Positions 1-10,619 are shown, counted from the first letter of the stretch. The stretch is 32,000 nt of DNA from Buchnera aphidicola str. APS (Acyrthosiphon pisum) (GCF_000009605.1 NC_002528.1:480001-512000), one strand, 5' to 3'. Numbers and translations are program-made. The notes: a model not told the origin generated them from the letters alone.

Positions 1-137
1 TATTTATAGAATTTTTTAGAGAACCAGATCCACAAATAGGACTATTAAAAAATATAATTACTATGGGACAAATATTATCACTTCCTATGATTATTGCTGG
101 ATTAATTATTATGTATAAATCTTATTATAAAAAATAG
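1..137 (+). CDS. lgt: prolipoprotein diacylglyceryl transferase, C-terminal fragment (gene begins upstream of window)
   Basis: The frame starting at nt 3 reads [44 protein letters not shown] and stops at TAG 135-137. This matches the conserved C-terminal EFFREPD...MGQ(I/L)LS(I/L)PM segment of enterobacterial Lgt. lgt sits next to thyA as in E. coli. Confidence 0.85.
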   Translation, partial: FIEFFREPDPQIGLLKNIITMGQILSLPMIIAGLIIMYKSYYKK

Positions 138-150
138 ATTCCGAGGAATT

Positions 151-945
151 ATGAAACAATACATCAAATTAATTAAAAAAATCATCAGGGTTGGAAACCA
201 AAAAAAAGATCGCACAGGAACAGGAACTTTATCTATTTTTGGTTATAATATGAAATTTGATTTAAAAAAAGGTTTTCCACTTCTTACTACAAAAAAATGT
301 CATATTGCATCTATCATCTACGAGCTTTTATGGTTTTTAAAAGGAGACACAAACATTTCTTATCTAAATGAAAATAAAATATCAATTTGGAATAATTGGG
401 CAAATGAATCCGGAGATGTTGGTCCAATATACGGAAAACAATGGCGTAATTGGAGTACACCAGAAGGACACGAAATTGATCAAATAAAAAATGTATTAAT
501 ACAATTAAAAAAAAATCCCGATTCCCGTAGAATGTTAGTTTCTAGTTGGAATGTTGGAGATATAGATAAAATGAGATTACCTCCTTGCCATGTTCTATTT
601 CAATTTTATGTATTTAACAATACATTAAGTTGTCAATTGTACCAGCGTTCTTGTGATGTGTTTCTAGGACTACCTTTTAATATAGCTAGTTACTCAATAC
701 TTATACACATGATAGCACAACAATGTGATTTAAAAGTTGGAGATTTTTTGTGGACAGGAGGCGATGTTCACTTATATAATAATCATATAGAATTAGCAAA
801 AAAACAAATACTCAGAATACCTCGAACGCTTCCCAAACTAACCATCCTCAAAAAACCTCAGTCATTATTTCAATATTGTTTCGAAGACTTTAAAATTATT
901 GGATATCATCCTTATCCTGCTATCAAAGGAGAAATATCTATATAA
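151..945 (+). CDS. thyA: thymidylate synthase
   Basis: 264-aa ORF, the same length as E. coli ThyA. ATG 151 is preceded by GAGGA (143-147). Motifs [12 protein letters not shown], catalytic PPCH and GDVHLYNNH are present. Confidence 0.97.
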
Positions 946-1011
946 AAAAATAAAAGACTTGTATAAGAGATAATATTTTTTACAAATTAAATTGGATTAA
1001 TTTTTAAGCAT

Positions 1012-2331
1012 ATGAAATATATATATATAAAAACTTGGGGTTGTCAAATGAATGAATATGATTCATCTATGATAATCACTTTATTAGAAAAAAATAATCA
1101 ATACTCACTTACCAAGTCAGCGGAAAATGCTGATATTTTAATATTAAATACTTGCTCTATAAGAGAAAAAGCTCAAGAAAAAGTTTTTCATCAACTAGGT
1201 AGATGGAAAAAAATAAAAAATAATAACCCAAAAGTCATTATTGCTGTAGGGGGTTGTGTAGCTACTCAAGAAGGAAAAGAAATTTTTAAAAGAGCAAATT
1301 ATGTAGATATCATATTTGGGACTCAAACTTTACATAGATTACCAAAAATGATCGATGAAGTAGAAAAAAAACGCAAGTTATCAATTGACATCAGTTTTCC
1401 TAAATTAGAAAAATTTAAATATTTTTTAGCACCTAAAAAAAAAGGATACACGGCAGATATTTCTATTATGGAAGGATGTAATAAATATTGTTCTTTTTGT
1501 GTAGTCCCATATACAAGAGGAAATGAAATTAGTCGTCCATGTGATGATGTATTATTTGAAATATCACTTTTAGCAAAACAAGGAATAAAAGAAATCAACT
1601 TATTGGGACAAAACGTAAATGCATATCAAGGTCCAACCTTTAATGGAAAAGTTTGTTATTTTTCAGAATTAATAAGATTAGTTGCAGAAATAGATGGAAT
1701 CGAGAGAATTCGATTTACTACTAGTAATCCACTTGAATTTACTGATGATATTATTGAAGTATATAAAGACACACCAAAACTAGTAAGTTTTCTTCATCTT
1801 CCTGTTCAAAGTGGTTCTAATAAAATTCTTAATTTAATGAAACGTTCATATACAACAGAAGATTATACATCTATTATTAAAAAACTAACAATTGCCAGAC
1901 CTGATATTCAAATTAGTTCAGATTTTATTGTTGGATTTCCTGGAGAATCTGAAATAGATTTTGAAAAAACTATAGAATTTATAAAAAATATTAATTTTGA
2001 TATGAGTTTTAGTTTTATATACTCTGCTCGACCTGGAACACCGGCCTCTAATATGAATGATGATCTTGATCTAAAAGAAAAAAAAAGACGTTTATATATT
2101 TTACAAGAGCGTATAAATATACAAACAATGCTCTGGAGTAGAAAAATGTTCGGAAGTATACAATCTGTTTTAGTAGAAGGTGTATCTGATAAAAATATCA
2201 TGGACTTATATGGTCGAACAGAAAATAATAGAGTTGTTACTTTTCAAGGTTCATCTAAAATGATTGGACAATTTGTTAACGTAAAGATCAAAAAAGTACA
2301 CACACATTCATTAAAAGGTGAATTATTTTAA
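1012..2331 (+). CDS. miaB: tRNA-i6A37 methylthiotransferase (radical SAM)
   Basis: 439-aa ORF with the N-terminal [12 protein letters not shown] cluster and the radical-SAM motif [15 protein letters not shown]. It is colinear with E. coli MiaB but lacks its roughly 35-aa C-terminal tail. Confidence 0.95.
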   Translation: MKYIYIKTWGCQMNEYDSSMIITLLEKNNQYSLTKSAENADILILNTCSIREKAQEKVFHQLGRWKKIKNNNPKVIIAVGGCVATQEGKEIFKRANYVDIIFGTQTLHRLPKMIDEVEKKRKLSIDISFPKLEKFKYFLAPKKKGYTADISIMEGCNKYCSFCVVPYTRGNEISRPCDDVLFEISLLAKQGIKEINLLGQNVNAYQGPTFNGKVCYFSELIRLVAEIDGIERIRFTTSNPLEFTDDIIEVYKDTPKLVSFLHLPVQSGSNKILNLMKRSYTTEDYTSIIKKLTIARPDIQISSDFIVGFPGESEIDFEKTIEFIKNINFDMSFSFIYSARPGTPASNMNDDLDLKEKKRRLYILQERINIQTMLWSRKMFGSIQSVLVEGVSDKNIMDLYGRTENNRVVTFQGSSKMIGQFVNVKIKKVHTHSLKGELF

Positions 2332-2354
2332 AAGTAATTCATTCAAAAAAAAAT

Positions 2355-2821
2355 TTGAAAAATATTATAATAAACATTCAATATTGTTGTAAAAATAATA
2401 AAAATATACCCAAAAAATTATATTTTAAAAAATGGATACAAAAAATTTTATGTAAAAAAAAAATATAAACATTATAACAATCCGTATTGTAGATGAATGG
2501 GAAATTAAAAAATTAAATTTTAATTATAGAAAAAAAAATAAACCAACAAATATTTTGTCGTTTCCTTTTAATAAATTTATTAAAATCAATTATAAATTAT
2601 TAGGAGATCTAGTACTGTGTAAAAATATAATAGAAAAAGAATCTTTAAAGTATAACAAATCATTGGAATCACATTGGGCTCACATTACAATACATGGAAC
2701 ACTGCATTTATTAGGATATGATCATCAAAACAATAAAGAAGCAGATATTATGGAACGACTTGAAAACAAAATCATGTTGTCTTTAAATTACAAAAAACCA
2801 CATATTTTAAAAAGTTTTTAA
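2355..2821 (+). CDS. ybeY: endoribonuclease YbeY (16S rRNA maturation), interrupted by a frameshift in an A10 tract (2454-2463)
   Basis: The N-terminal 36 codons run in frame 3 from TTG 2355 (MKNIIINIQYCCKNNKNIPKKLYFKKWIQKILCKKK). The rest runs in frame 2 (NINIITIRIVDE...KPTNILSFPF...HGTLHLLGYDH...KSF*). Both parts are colinear with E. coli YbeY (155 aa). One extra A in the tract gives 155 codons. The ORF track shows only the 88-aa tail (2555-2821). Confidence 0.8.
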
Positions 2822-2901
2822 TCTTTTATAAAAAATATTTTAACCTAAGTATTTCTACCATAGAATAGTAGAACATATTTTAAAATAGATAATCTAATAC
2901 C

Positions 2902-3777
2902 ATGAGTGATAACCATTTACAAAACTCTGATAAAATAAATAGAAAAGGATTTTTTTCTATTCTATTAAATCAAATTTTTCATGACGAACCTAAAAATAGA
3001 GAAGAATTATTAGTATTAATTCGTGATTCAGAACAAAACGAACTGATTGATCAAGATACTTGCGATATGTTAGAAGGAGTTATGCATATTGCAAAAAAAA
3101 GAATAAAAGAAATCATGATACCAAGAACACAAATGATTACATTAAAATTACATCATAATTTAAACGAATGTCTTGATGTTATTATTGAATCTGCACATTC
3201 ACGTTTTCCAGTGATGAGTAATGATAACAATTATGTTGAAGGTTTTCTAATCGCTAAAGATTTGCTTCCATTTATGAAACAATCAGCAAATATTTTTTGT
3301 ATAAAAAATATATTACGACCGGCCGTTGTAGTTCCAGAAAGTAAACATGTAGATAGGATGTTAAAAGAATTTCGTTCAAAAAGAAATCATATGGCTATCG
3401 TCATAGATGAATTTGGAGCAGTTTCAGGTTTAGTAACTATAGAAGATATACTTGAATTAATTGTTGGAGAAATTGAAGACGAATATGATGATGAAGAAAC
3501 ATTAAATATTAGAAAAATACAAAAATCCACATTTTCTATTAGAGCTCTTACAGAAATAAAAGAATTTAATGAAACGTTTAATACTAATTTCAGTGATGAA
3601 GAAGTAGATACTATAGGAGGATTAGTAATGAAAGAATTTGGTCACCTACCAAGTCGTGGTGAAAGTATTAATATTGATGGTTATTCTTTTAAAATTTCTA
3701 TAGCAGATAGTAGAAAGGTTATACAAATACATGTAACTATTCCAGAAAATAAAACACCTGTTTTAATAGAAGCATAA
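2902..3777 (+). CDS. corC: CBS-domain Mg/Co efflux-associated protein CorC (YbeX)
   Basis: 291 aa versus 292 in E. coli CorC. The N-terminus MSDN..KGFFS and the long block HMAIVIDEFGAVSGLVTIEDILELIVGEIEDEYD are almost identical to the E. coli protein. Confidence 0.93.
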   Translation: MSDNHLQNSDKINRKGFFSILLNQIFHDEPKNREELLVLIRDSEQNELIDQDTCDMLEGVMHIAKKRIKEIMIPRTQMITLKLHHNLNECLDVIIESAHSRFPVMSNDNNYVEGFLIAKDLLPFMKQSANIFCIKNILRPAVVVPESKHVDRMLKEFRSKRNHMAIVIDEFGAVSGLVTIEDILELIVGEIEDEYDDEETLNIRKIQKSTFSIRALTEIKEFNETFNTNFSDEEVDTIGGLVMKEFGHLPSRGESINIDGYSFKISIADSRKVIQIHVTIPENKTPVLIEA

Positions 3778-3880
3778 TGCTGCTTATCTTTATAAATTGA
3801 AAAAATAAAACAATAAAATTATTTTTTTTCATTAACATTGTAAGTTTTACATTTTATAAATATTTCTTTTAGAGAAAAAT

Positions 3881-6460
3881 ATGGAAAAAGAATATTCACC
3901 AAAAAAAATAGAAAATTACGTACAGGAGTTTTGGAAAAAAAACAAAACTTTTGAAGTCAAAGAAGATCCAAAAAAAGAAAAATATTATTGTCTTCCTATG
4001 CTTCCATATCCCTCTGGAAAATTACACATGGGTCATGTTAGAAATTATACTATTAGTGATGTTATTTCTCGATATCAAAGAATGCTAGGAAAAAATGTGC
4101 TGCAACCAATGGGTTGGGATGCTTTCGGTTTACCTGCTGAAGAAGCAGCTATAAGAAATAATACAGATCCCTTTTCTTGGACCCAAAAAAATATAAAATA
4201 CATGAAAAAACAACTCCAATCATTAGGTTTTAGTTATGATTGGAGTCGAGAAATAACTACATGTCATCCAGAATATTATCATTGGGAACAGTGGTTTTTT
4301 ACTAAGCTATATGAAAAAAAATTAGTCTATAAAAAAAATAGTTTAGTCAATTGGTGTTCTTATGATAAAACCGTTTTAGCCAATGAACAAGTTATTGATG
4401 GTTGTTGTTGGAGATGTCAAAATAAAATAAGAATAAAACAAATTCCACAATGGTTTATAAAAATAAGAAATTATGCTGAATCTTTATACCAAGATTTAAA
4501 GAAGTTAACTCACTGGCCTGAAAATGTAAAAAATATGCAGCGAAATTGGATTGGACGAATAAAAGGATTTGAAATCACCCTGAATGTTTTTAATACTTGT
4601 CAAAAATTAAAAGTGTTTACTCAAAGATTGGATCTTTTAATGGGTGTTACATATATTTCAATATCTTCTTGTCATAAATTATCTATAAATTTATCTAAAA
4701 AAAATGAACTTATTAAAAAATTTATAAAAAAATATAGATATATCTCACAAGAAGAACAATATAAAGTTAAATATACAGGAATTAACACAAATCTATTTGT
4801 TGTTCATCCAATTACTAAGAAAACAATACCAATTTGGATTTCAAATGCTACACATATAGAATATGGAACTAATGCAGTCTTATCTATTCCAGGACATAAT
4901 GAAAATGATTGGAATTTTGCAGTTAAAAATAATTTAAAAATAAAATATGTTATTTTTAATCCCGATCATCAAGAACCTAAATTATATACTTCTTTTTTAG
5001 ATATAAAAGGAACATTATTTAATTCTCAAGAATTTAATGGATTGAATCTTAAAGATGGTACTGAAAAAATAAAAAAAATACTGTATAAGAAAAAAATATT
5101 AAAAGAAAAAATTAATTACAAATTACAAGATTGGTGCATATCTAGACAGCGTTATTGGGGAACACCCATTCCAATGGCAAAATTTAAAAATGGTAAAATG
5201 ATACCGATACCAGAAAACCAATTACCTGTAGTTTTACCCAAAATAAGAAAAAATACAAATCTATTACAGCAAGCTATTAATTTTAATTCTAAATGGGCTG
5301 AAATTTTTATTCATGGAAAACATGCTATTAGAGAAATAGATACTTTTGATACATTTATGGAATCATCTTGGTATTATGCAAGATATACTTGTCCAAATTT
5401 TAATACAGGTATGATTGATTCAATAGCATCAAAATATTGGTTACCTGTCGATCAATACATTGGCGGAATAGAACACGCAATAATGCATTTAATGTATTTT
5501 CGATTTTATCATAAATTACTCCGTGATTTTAAATTAGTTGATTTTGATGAACCAGTAAAAAATTTACTATGTCAAGGAATGGTTCTTTCTGAAGCTTTTT
5601 ATAAAATTGATAGTAACTCTCAAAGAAAGTGGTTTAATTCATCATCAGTGTTAATAAAACGTAATACAAAAGGAGAAATTATTGAATCACATACTCAAAA
5701 AGGAGAAAAATTAATTTATGCAGGTATGATTAAAATGTCTAAATCAAAAAATAATGGAATTGAACCAGAATTAATAATTCAACGATATGGAGCAGATACA
5801 ATTCGTTTATTTATTATGTTTTCTGCTCCTGTAGAATCTGATCTAGAATGGAAAGAATCTGGTTTAAAAGGGATATATCGTTTTTTAAAAAAACTCTGGA
5901 TGCTAATATTTAATTATATTGATATAAAAAACACACATAAAAAAATAAATTTTGATTTTTTGAACCATCAACAAAGTGAATTGCGTTATCAATTACACAA
6001 AACAATTGCTAAAGTGTCTGATGATATTGGTCGCCGACAAACATTTAATACTGCCATTTCTGAAATTATGAAGTTAGTTAATCAATTGTCAAAAGCTCCG
6101 ATAAAAGAAGAACAAGATAAATCTATTATGCGAGAATCCTTAATTTGTATCATCAAAATGCTTTATCCATTTACACCACATTTTTGTTTTTTTGTCTGGA
6201 ACTATTTTAATAATCATAGCTCTATTGACAACGAAAAATGGCCTATCTTTCAAAAAGATATTTTATCAAAAAAATATAGTACTATTGTTGCGCAAATTAA
6301 TGGAAAAAAACGATGTGCTACAAAAATATCTGATTCTTTAACTAAAGAAGAAATATTTTTATACATACAAAATCAACCCATAATAAAAAAATATTTAGAG
6401 GATGTTGATATCAAAAAAATAATATATATCCCGAAAAAAATAATAAACTTTGTAACATAA
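3881..6460 (+). CDS. leuS: leucyl-tRNA synthetase
   Basis: 859 aa (E. coli 860), with class I signatures HMGHVRNY and KMSKSKNN. The alignment to E. coli LeuRS is ungapped over the first roughly 330 residues. Confidence 0.97.
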   Translation: MEKEYSPKKIENYVQEFWKKNKTFEVKEDPKKEKYYCLPMLPYPSGKLHMGHVRNYTISDVISRYQRMLGKNVLQPMGWDAFGLPAEEAAIRNNTDPFSWTQKNIKYMKKQLQSLGFSYDWSREITTCHPEYYHWEQWFFTKLYEKKLVYKKNSLVNWCSYDKTVLANEQVIDGCCWRCQNKIRIKQIPQWFIKIRNYAESLYQDLKKLTHWPENVKNMQRNWIGRIKGFEITLNVFNTCQKLKVFTQRLDLLMGVTYISISSCHKLSINLSKKNELIKKFIKKYRYISQEEQYKVKYTGINTNLFVVHPITKKTIPIWISNATHIEYGTNAVLSIPGHNENDWNFAVKNNLKIKYVIFNPDHQEPKLYTSFLDIKGTLFNSQEFNGLNLKDGTEKIKKILYKKKILKEKINYKLQDWCISRQRYWGTPIPMAKFKNGKMIPIPENQLPVVLPKIRKNTNLLQQAINFNSKWAEIFIHGKHAIREIDTFDTFMESSWYYARYTCPNFNTGMIDSIASKYWLPVDQYIGGIEHAIMHLMYFRFYHKLLRDFKLVDFDEPVKNLLCQGMVLSEAFYKIDSNSQRKWFNSSSVLIKRNTKGEIIESHTQKGEKLIYAGMIKMSKSKNNGIEPELIIQRYGADTIRLFIMFSAPVESDLEWKESGLKGIYRFLKKLWMLIFNYIDIKNTHKKINFDFLNHQQSELRYQLHKTIAKVSDDIGRRQTFNTAISEIMKLVNQLSKAPIKEEQDKSIMRESLICIIKMLYPFTPHFCFFVWNYFNNHSSIDNEKWPIFQKDILSKKYSTIVAQINGKKRCATKISDSLTKEEIFLYIQNQPIIKKYLEDVDIKKIIYIPKKIINFVT

Positions 6461-6499
6461 ATTTTTTAAAATACTGATAATAATAACGTTATTACTAAT

Positions 6500-7495
6500 A
6501 TGAAAAATATATATCCAAATGAACTAAAAAAAAGTTTAATGCAAAAATTGCATTATTTTTATATTTTTTTAGGAGAAGATTTTTTTTTATTAGAAAAAAA
6601 TCAAGATATGATATTGAATTTTGCATATAAAAAAGGATTCCTAGAAAAAATTATAATTGATGTAGAAAAAAATCAAGATTGGAAAAAAATTATTTTATTT
6701 TATAAAACTAATAATTTATTTTTTAAAAAAACTACTTTAGTAATCAACTTTCTTATAAAAAAGTTAAATGTTATTTTAATTCAAAATCTTAATAAAATGT
6801 TTTCTTTATTGCATCCAGATATATTAATAATATTAAAATTCAATCATTTATCACGTTTTATTCAAAAAAATAAATCATTAAAAGAATTTAAAAACTACAA
6901 TATAGTTTCTTGTTTTACGCCGTATAATTTAAATTTTATTAATTGGATTAAGTATGAAATACAAGAAAAAAAAATAAATATTGAGGAAAAAGCATTTTTT
7001 TTATTATGTAAATATTATGAAGGTAATACTTTATTTATATATAAAATTTTAGATATGCTATTTATAATATGGCCCGATACATGTATTACAGAAAAAAAAA
7101 TAAAAAAAATTATCATTGAGTTTTTTGATGTTTCTCCATCATATTGGATCAATTCTATATTTCAAGGTAAAACAGAAAAATCCTTTTATATATTAAATAT
7201 TTTTTTTAAAAAAAAATATAATCCTCTTATTTTAGTACGTTCTTTGCAAAAAGATTTGTTACAATTGATTCATATGAAGCGTGAAAAAAAAATAAGTATT
7301 TATGTAATGTTAGAAAAATATAATATTTTTGTAACAAGACGTAAGTTTTTTATCAAGGCATTTAATAAAATTAACAACGATAGTTTATTAAAAGCTATTC
7401 AAATTCTTGTAAAAATAGAAGTAAATATCAAAAAAAAATATAATAATTATGTTTGGAATCAACTACAAGAATTAATTTTAATATTATGTAACTAA
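6500..7495 (+). CDS. holA: DNA polymerase III delta subunit
   Basis: 331 aa. The N-terminus MKNIYPNELKKSL..YFYIFLGEDFFLLEKNQD parallels E. coli HolA MIRLYPEQLRAQL..AYLLLGNDPLLLQESQD. The leuS-holA-nadD context matches E. coli. The sequence is otherwise very divergent and Lys/Ile/Asn-rich. Confidence 0.8.
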   Translation: MKNIYPNELKKSLMQKLHYFYIFLGEDFFLLEKNQDMILNFAYKKGFLEKIIIDVEKNQDWKKIILFYKTNNLFFKKTTLVINFLIKKLNVILIQNLNKMFSLLHPDILIILKFNHLSRFIQKNKSLKEFKNYNIVSCFTPYNLNFINWIKYEIQEKKINIEEKAFFLLCKYYEGNTLFIYKILDMLFIIWPDTCITEKKIKKIIIEFFDVSPSYWINSIFQGKTEKSFYILNIFFKKKYNPLILVRSLQKDLLQLIHMKREKKISIYVMLEKYNIFVTRRKFFIKAFNKINNDSLLKAIQILVKIEVNIKKKYNNYVWNQLQELILILCN

Positions 7496-7517
7496 TATTT
7501 TATATATTAATAAAAAA

Positions 7518-8162
7518 ATGAAAAAATTATGTGCAATTTTTGGTGGAAATTTTGATCCTATTCATTATGGTCATATTAATTTAGCTGAAAAATTAGCAAA
7601 AGATATTTCTATAAAAAAAATAATACTATTACCCAATAACTATCCTCCTCATAGGAACAAAACTCAAACATCCATATCAGATAAAATAAAAATGATCAAA
7701 CTTGCTATTCACAATAATCCTTTATTTGAAATAAGTTATTTAGAAACAAAAAAAAATAATATTTTTTATACTATAGACACACTAAAAAAAATTAGAAAAA
7801 AAATAAGCCATTTAGAACCCTTATGCTTTATAATAGGAGAAGATAACTTACAAACATTTTATCTTTGGAAAAATTGGAGAGAAATATTATTATATTCTCA
7901 TTTATTAATTTATCCTAGAAAACACAAAAAACAAAAAAATGATGAATTAGAAAAATGGATTCATTCGAACACTGTATATGATTGCAATTTGCTACATAAG
8001 CAACCATGTGGTTTGATTTTTTTTTCACACGCACCTTGTATCAATATTTCTTCTAGTAGAATTAGAAAAAATTATTTTTATGGAAAAAATTCTCATTCAC
8101 TCTTACCGTCTATTGTAAATAATTATATTTTATTAAAAAAATTATATTATACTAATCAATAA
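7518..8162 (+). CDS. nadD: nicotinate-mononucleotide adenylyltransferase
   Basis: 214 aa (E. coli 213), with the GGNFDPIHYGH nucleotidyltransferase motif and a C-terminal ISSSRIR motif. It follows holA as in E. coli. Confidence 0.9.
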   Translation: MKKLCAIFGGNFDPIHYGHINLAEKLAKDISIKKIILLPNNYPPHRNKTQTSISDKIKMIKLAIHNNPLFEISYLETKKNNIFYTIDTLKKIRKKISHLEPLCFIIGEDNLQTFYLWKNWREILLYSHLLIYPRKHKKQKNDELEKWIHSNTVYDCNLLHKQPCGLIFFSHAPCINISSSRIRKNYFYGKNSHSLLPSIVNNYILLKKLYYTNQ

Positions 8163-8222
8163 TACTTTTGATTTTTTATCTCACATAAAAAAAAATCTAT
8201 TTAAAATAGATTCGATAAAAAA

Positions 8223-8453
8223 ATGAAAAAAAACATTATTTTAAATTTAATTGGACTTAGATGCCCAGAACCAATTATGATAATAAGAAAAACTATTCGT
8301 GATATGAAAGATAATGAAAAAATACTAATTTTATCAGATGATCCTGCAACTAAGAGAGATATTCCGAACTTTTGTTATTTTATGGAGCATAAATTATTAA
8401 AAAATGAAATTAAAGTTAAACCTTATCGTTATTTATTAAAAAAAGGATTATAG
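8223..8453 (+). CDS. tusA: sulfur-carrier protein TusA (YhhP/SirA)
   Basis: 76 aa, with the active-site GLRCPEP motif plus [10 protein letters not shown] and PYRYLLKKG, as in E. coli TusA (81 aa). Confidence 0.9.
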   Translation: MKKNIILNLIGLRCPEPIMIIRKTIRDMKDNEKILILSDDPATKRDIPNFCYFMEHKLLKNEIKVKPYRYLLKKGL

Positions 8454-8564
8454 GTTTTGATAAAAATATCAAAAACACTTTTTATCATCATCAAATGTTT
8501 AATATATACACTGTATATCTAATATATAGAAATTTTATATATACGAAAATATAGTGTATACATT

Positions 8565-8593
8565 AAAAAATTCTATTACTATTAGTAATAGAA
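8565..8593 (-). terminator. intrinsic terminator of asd (perfect 23-bp palindrome followed by U6 on the minus strand)
   Basis: 8571-8593 is ttctattacta-t-tagtaatagaa, with 11-nt perfectly complementary arms. Read on the minus strand it starts 6 nt after the asd stop codon and is followed directly by TTTTTT (complement of A6 at 8565-8570). The stem is AT-rich, with only two G-C pairs. Confidence 0.5.
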
Positions 8594-8599
8594 AATATT

Positions 8600-9715
8600 T
8601 TATATATTAATCAATATATTCAACATTCTTCTTAAAGGTTCTGCAGCACCCCATAAAAGTTGGTCTCCGACAGTAAAAGCAGATAAATATTTCTTCCCCA
8701 TATTTAATTTTCTTAAACGACCTATTGGTATATTTAATGTACCAGTTACAGAAGATGGAGTTAATTTTAGCAATGTATCTTGTATGCTATTTGGAATTAC
8801 ATCAACCCATTTATTATGATTTCTAATAATTTCTTCAATATCTTCTAAAGAAACATCCTTTTTTAATTTAATAACAAATGATTGACTGTGGCAACGAAGT
8901 GAACCTATTCGTACACATGTACCATCAATTAAAATTGTATCTTTAGTGCCTAAAATTTTGTTAGTTTCAGCCTGTCCTTTCCATTCTTCTCGACTTTGAC
9001 CATTACTCATTTCTGTATCGATCCAAGGTATCAGGCTTGCAGCTAAAGGAACAGAAAAATTTTTTACAGGAAAATTAACACTACGTGATATTTTAGTTAC
9101 TTTATCTTCAATGCTTAGAATTGAATGAGAACCTTTTAATAAGTCTGTTTCAACACTTTTATATAATATCCCCATTTGATTTAATAATTCTATCATATGA
9201 CGCGCACCTGCTCCAGAAGCTGCTTGATAAGTAGATACAGCAATCCATTCAACTAGTTCTGTTTGAAACAAACCTCCTAGAGACATAAGCATTAAACTAA
9301 TAGTACAATTCCCTCCGACAAAAGTTCTAATTCCTTTGTTTATAGAATCTTCTATAACATTATAATTAACTGGATCTAATATAATTACAGAGTCATTTTT
9401 CATACGCAAATTAGAGGCTGCATCTATCCAATAACCTTTCCAACCATTTTTTCTTAAAGTCGGATAAATTTCTTTAGTATAAGAGCCTCCTTGACATGTA
9501 ATTATAATATCCATTTCTTTTAATACATCTATATTATAAGCATTTTCTAAAATATTATATGATATATTATTTATAATGGGACCATCTTGACCAAATTGAG
9601 ATGTTGAAAAAAATACAGGTTTAATTCTTGAAAAATCATTTTCTTCTTGCATACGTTTTAATAAAACTGATCCAACCATTCCACGCCAACCTACTAAACC
9701 AACAATTTTTATCAT
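8600..9715 (-). CDS. asd: aspartate-semialdehyde dehydrogenase
   Basis: 371 aa (E. coli 367), with [14 protein letters not shown], the active-site region RCHSQ and the C-terminal [19 protein letters not shown], nearly identical to E. coli Asd. Confidence 0.97.
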   Translation of the reverse strand: MIKIVGLVGWRGMVGSVLLKRMQEENDFSRIKPVFFSTSQFGQDGPIINNISYNILENAYNIDVLKEMDIIITCQGGSYTKEIYPTLRKNGWKGYWIDAASNLRMKNDSVIILDPVNYNVIEDSINKGIRTFVGGNCTISLMLMSLGGLFQTELVEWIAVSTYQAASGAGARHMIELLNQMGILYKSVETDLLKGSHSILSIEDKVTKISRSVNFPVKNFSVPLAASLIPWIDTEMSNGQSREEWKGQAETNKILGTKDTILIDGTCVRIGSLRCHSQSFVIKLKKDVSLEDIEEIIRNHNKWVDVIPNSIQDTLLKLTPSSVTGTLNIPIGRLRKLNMGKKYLSAFTVGDQLLWGAAEPLRRMLNILINI

Positions 9716-10010
9716 AAATCAATACACGGATAATTTACATTAACAATAATTTTATCAAAAGTGATATGTAGTTAAAGTAAAAATTTTTCCGCCTCCTAAA
9801 ATAATCAGTAAAAAATTAATCAATAATCATCAATTTCATATAAGAAAAATATATGCTTTTAAAAATGTAAGGAATTTTTAAGAAAAATATTCAAATAGAA
9901 AATTCTATTTTTAATTTTAATTTTAAATATACTATAAAATTATAATTTTTCATTATAAAAAATATTTTATGTATAAAGATTATCACTTGAAAAGGATATA
10001 ATAGATTAAA

Positions 10011-10601
10011 ATGACTGAAATAATCTCTACAACCATATTGCTAGTTCTAATCATGGATCCTTTAGGCAATCTTCCAATATTCATGACGATACTAAAACAC
10101 TTAGACGTAAAACGAAGAAGAATCGTAGTTATACGTGAAATGATTATAGCATTAATTGTAATGTTATTATTCTTATTTGTCGGAGAAAAGATACTTATTA
10201 TTCTGAATTTAAAAACTGAAACAGTTTCGATATCTGGAGGTGTTATTTTATTTTTAATCGCTATTAAAATGATTTTTCCTTCTGAAGATAATAATAATGA
10301 GATCTCTTCATCTGAAGAACCTTTTTTAGTACCATTAGCTATTCCTTTAGTTGCAGGACCATCTTTATTGGCAACATTAATGTTGTTATCGCATCAATAT
10401 TTACATCATATGTTTTATTTAGTGGGATCATTACTAATTTCATGGTTTTTTACTGTTATAATATTACTATCATCTAGTTTGTTCTTAAAATTATTTGGTT
10501 CAAAAGGAGTCAATGCGTTAGAACGTCTTATGGGGTTGGTGTTAATTATGCTTTCTACCCAAATGTTTTTAGATGGAATCAGAGCATGGTTTAAAAATTA
10601 A
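10011..10601 (+). CDS. yhgN: MarC-family inner membrane protein YhgN
   Basis: 196 aa (E. coli YhgN 197). The blocks LIMDPLGNLPIFM, ETVSISGG(V/I)ILFLIAIKMIFPS and GVNALERLMGL are colinear with E. coli YhgN. It is divergent from asd as in E. coli. Confidence 0.88.
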   Translation: MTEIISTTILLVLIMDPLGNLPIFMTILKHLDVKRRRIVVIREMIIALIVMLLFLFVGEKILIILNLKTETVSISGGVILFLIAIKMIFPSEDNNNEISSSEEPFLVPLAIPLVAGPSLLATLMLLSHQYLHHMFYLVGSLLISWFFTVIILLSSSLFLKLFGSKGVNALERLMGLVLIMLSTQMFLDGIRAWFKN

Positions 10602-10619
10602 AATATATTATTTTTTAAG

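Noticed and set aside
1323-2201. Two antisense ORFs (1323-1598, 91 aa; 1908-2201, 97 aa) inside miaB
   Set aside because: They lie fully within a well-supported gene on the opposite strand. Their products are low-complexity (Ile/Phe/Ser/Lys-rich) with no recognisable motif. ORFs of this kind are expected by chance opposite AT-rich coding sequence.
8194-8212. AT-only inverted repeats: 8194-8212 (8-bp stem, nadD-tusA spacer), 9893-9910 (asd/yhgN spacer) and 12999-13021 (8-bp stem with one G-U after fbaA)
   Set aside because: The stems are short and almost purely A-T. There is no U-tract in the orientation of the upstream gene. The 8194 hairpin has its A-run on the wrong side, and the 9893 one sits in a divergent promoter region. 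These are expected by chance at this composition.
9789-9797. GC-rich ccgcctcct (AGGAGGCGG on the asd strand) 76 nt upstream of the asd ATG, possibly the Shine-Dalgarno of a leader peptide
   Set aside because: No ATG, GTG or TTG follows at a suitable distance. Only an ATT-initiated 9-codon frame (IFTLTTYHF) is available. Asd is not known to be attenuation-controlled, so the evidence is insufficient.
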